The notes below the pieces were generated by a model that searched no databases, had not been told where the DNA came from, and saw nothing but the letters and a program-made list of their open reading frames with translations. From the sequence record CP166271.1: DNA of 32,000 nucleotides; one strand, given 5' to 3'. This document shows positions 30,932 to 32,000 of this stretch, piece after piece. The first letter of the stretch is position 1; each line of letters opens with the position of its first letter. Both the position numbers and the translations under genes were made by a program.

Positions 30932-32000
30932 TTAATAACTATATATTAGAGATGATACTGAATAATGTAAACCATCTAATATAGGAGCAGGATATACACC
31001 TAATACAACAGTAAATAATACTAGTGTGAATAATATAAAAAATTCACGTTTATTAACATCGCTTATATTAGCTTCAAAAAATTTACTAAAGGATCCTGCA
31101 AAAGCTATTCTATTAAACATATATATAGTATAAGCAGCAGAAAATACTATAGATGAACTAGCGAATAGACCTAATAAAGGCAATCTCTCAAATACTCCAT
31201 AAAGAGACATAAATTCTCCTACAAAATTTAAAGTAAGAGGAACACCACAATTACCTAATGATAGGATAAAAAATAATATAGAAAATAAAGGCATTATTTG
31301 AGCAAGACCCCTATAATAACTTATCAGTCTTGTACCTGATCTATCGTATAATACACCCCCAGCACAAATAAATAAACCACTTGAAACAAATCCATGTGCT
31401 AACCCTAAAGCTATACCACCTTCTATTCCTTGTATAGTATTACTAAATACACCTATTAGGTAAACAGCGGCATGCGATACAGAGCTATAAGCTATTAGTT
31501 CTTTAACATCAATTGTTCTTAAGGTACTGAAACTTGCATATACAATTGTTATAACCCCTATAAGGTATATTATATAAGTATATTCTAAAGAAGCTTTAGG
31601 TAATAAAGGTAATATAAGTCTAAAAATACCATATAAACTCAATTTTAAAACAATAGCAGCTAATATAATACTACCACTTAATGGAGATTCAACGTGAGCT
31701 TTTAATAATCATGTGTTCAAAAAGATTGTAGGTGTTTTTACTGCAAATGCTATAAATATACCATAAAATAAAAATAATTGTGTAGAATAATTAAAATTAG
31801 TTTTATATAGCGCATCGAAATCTGTTGTTCCCATTATAGAAGACATTGATAATATAGATAATAATAAAAATAACGATCCAAATAATGTATATAAAAATAA
31901 ATAAAAACTAGCTCTTACTTTATTGTTTGACCCGTATAAACCTATTAATATAAATAATGGAGGCAATATACTTTCGAAAAAGATATAAAATAATAAAATA
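30932..32000 (-). CDS. nad4: NADH dehydrogenase subunit 4, copy 2, 3' part only (cut by window end)
   Basis: ORF-track 30932..31642 is identical to 2840..3550, and 31709..31966 matches 3617..3874. Confidence 0.9.

Larger units (their letters stand above)
28096..32000. repeat. Copy 2 of the terminal redundancy (same sequence as 1-3908), runs to the window end
   Basis: See the copy 1 entry. The offset drifts from 28095 through 28092, 28091, 28090 and 28091 to 28092 across five homopolymer differences. Confidence 0.95.

Overview
The window is about 1.14 unit lengths of a compact (~28.1 kb), very AT-rich fungal mitochondrial genome of Pezizomycotina type. It is not a prokaryotic accessory region. 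Every recognisable gene is on the minus strand, and reading frames only close if TGA is read as Trp (translation table 4); a trnW(UCA) is present. Minus-strand order from high to low coordinates: rnl (one group I intron carrying rps3), trnT-E-M-M-L-A-F-L-Q-H-M, atp9, an orphan ~356-codon ORF, trnC-R-R, nad1, atp6, a tRNA-like element, nad2, nad3, cox2, nad4L, nad5, a trnY-like element, cob, a tRNA-like element, cox1, rns, trnY, trnN, nad6, rnpB, an unassigned G/C-enriched segment plus a tRNA-like element, nad4, trnD, cox3, trnK-G-S-W-V-I-S-P, then rnl again. Positions 1-3908 recur at 28096-32000. By eye the two copies differ only at five homopolymer runs. Many core genes (nad5, nad2, nad3, nad1, cox3, rps3) and the orphan ORF are broken by single-base shifts located in homopolymer runs. 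I read this as uncorrected homopolymer miscalls in an uncircularised assembly rather than as biology. The items worth a second look are the orphan ORF, four non-canonical tRNA-like elements at gene junctions that lack a real tRNA, a mitochondrial RNase P RNA with an unexplained structured-looking segment beside it, the apparent absence of atp8, and long perfect palindromes in the spacers that follow cox2, atp6, cox1, nad3, nad5 and cob. I saw no CRISPR array, homing endonuclease, plasmid-type polymerase or defence-like system. tRNA and rRNA ends are hand-folded or hand-aligned, so expect errors of a few nt for tRNAs and tens of nt for rRNAs.
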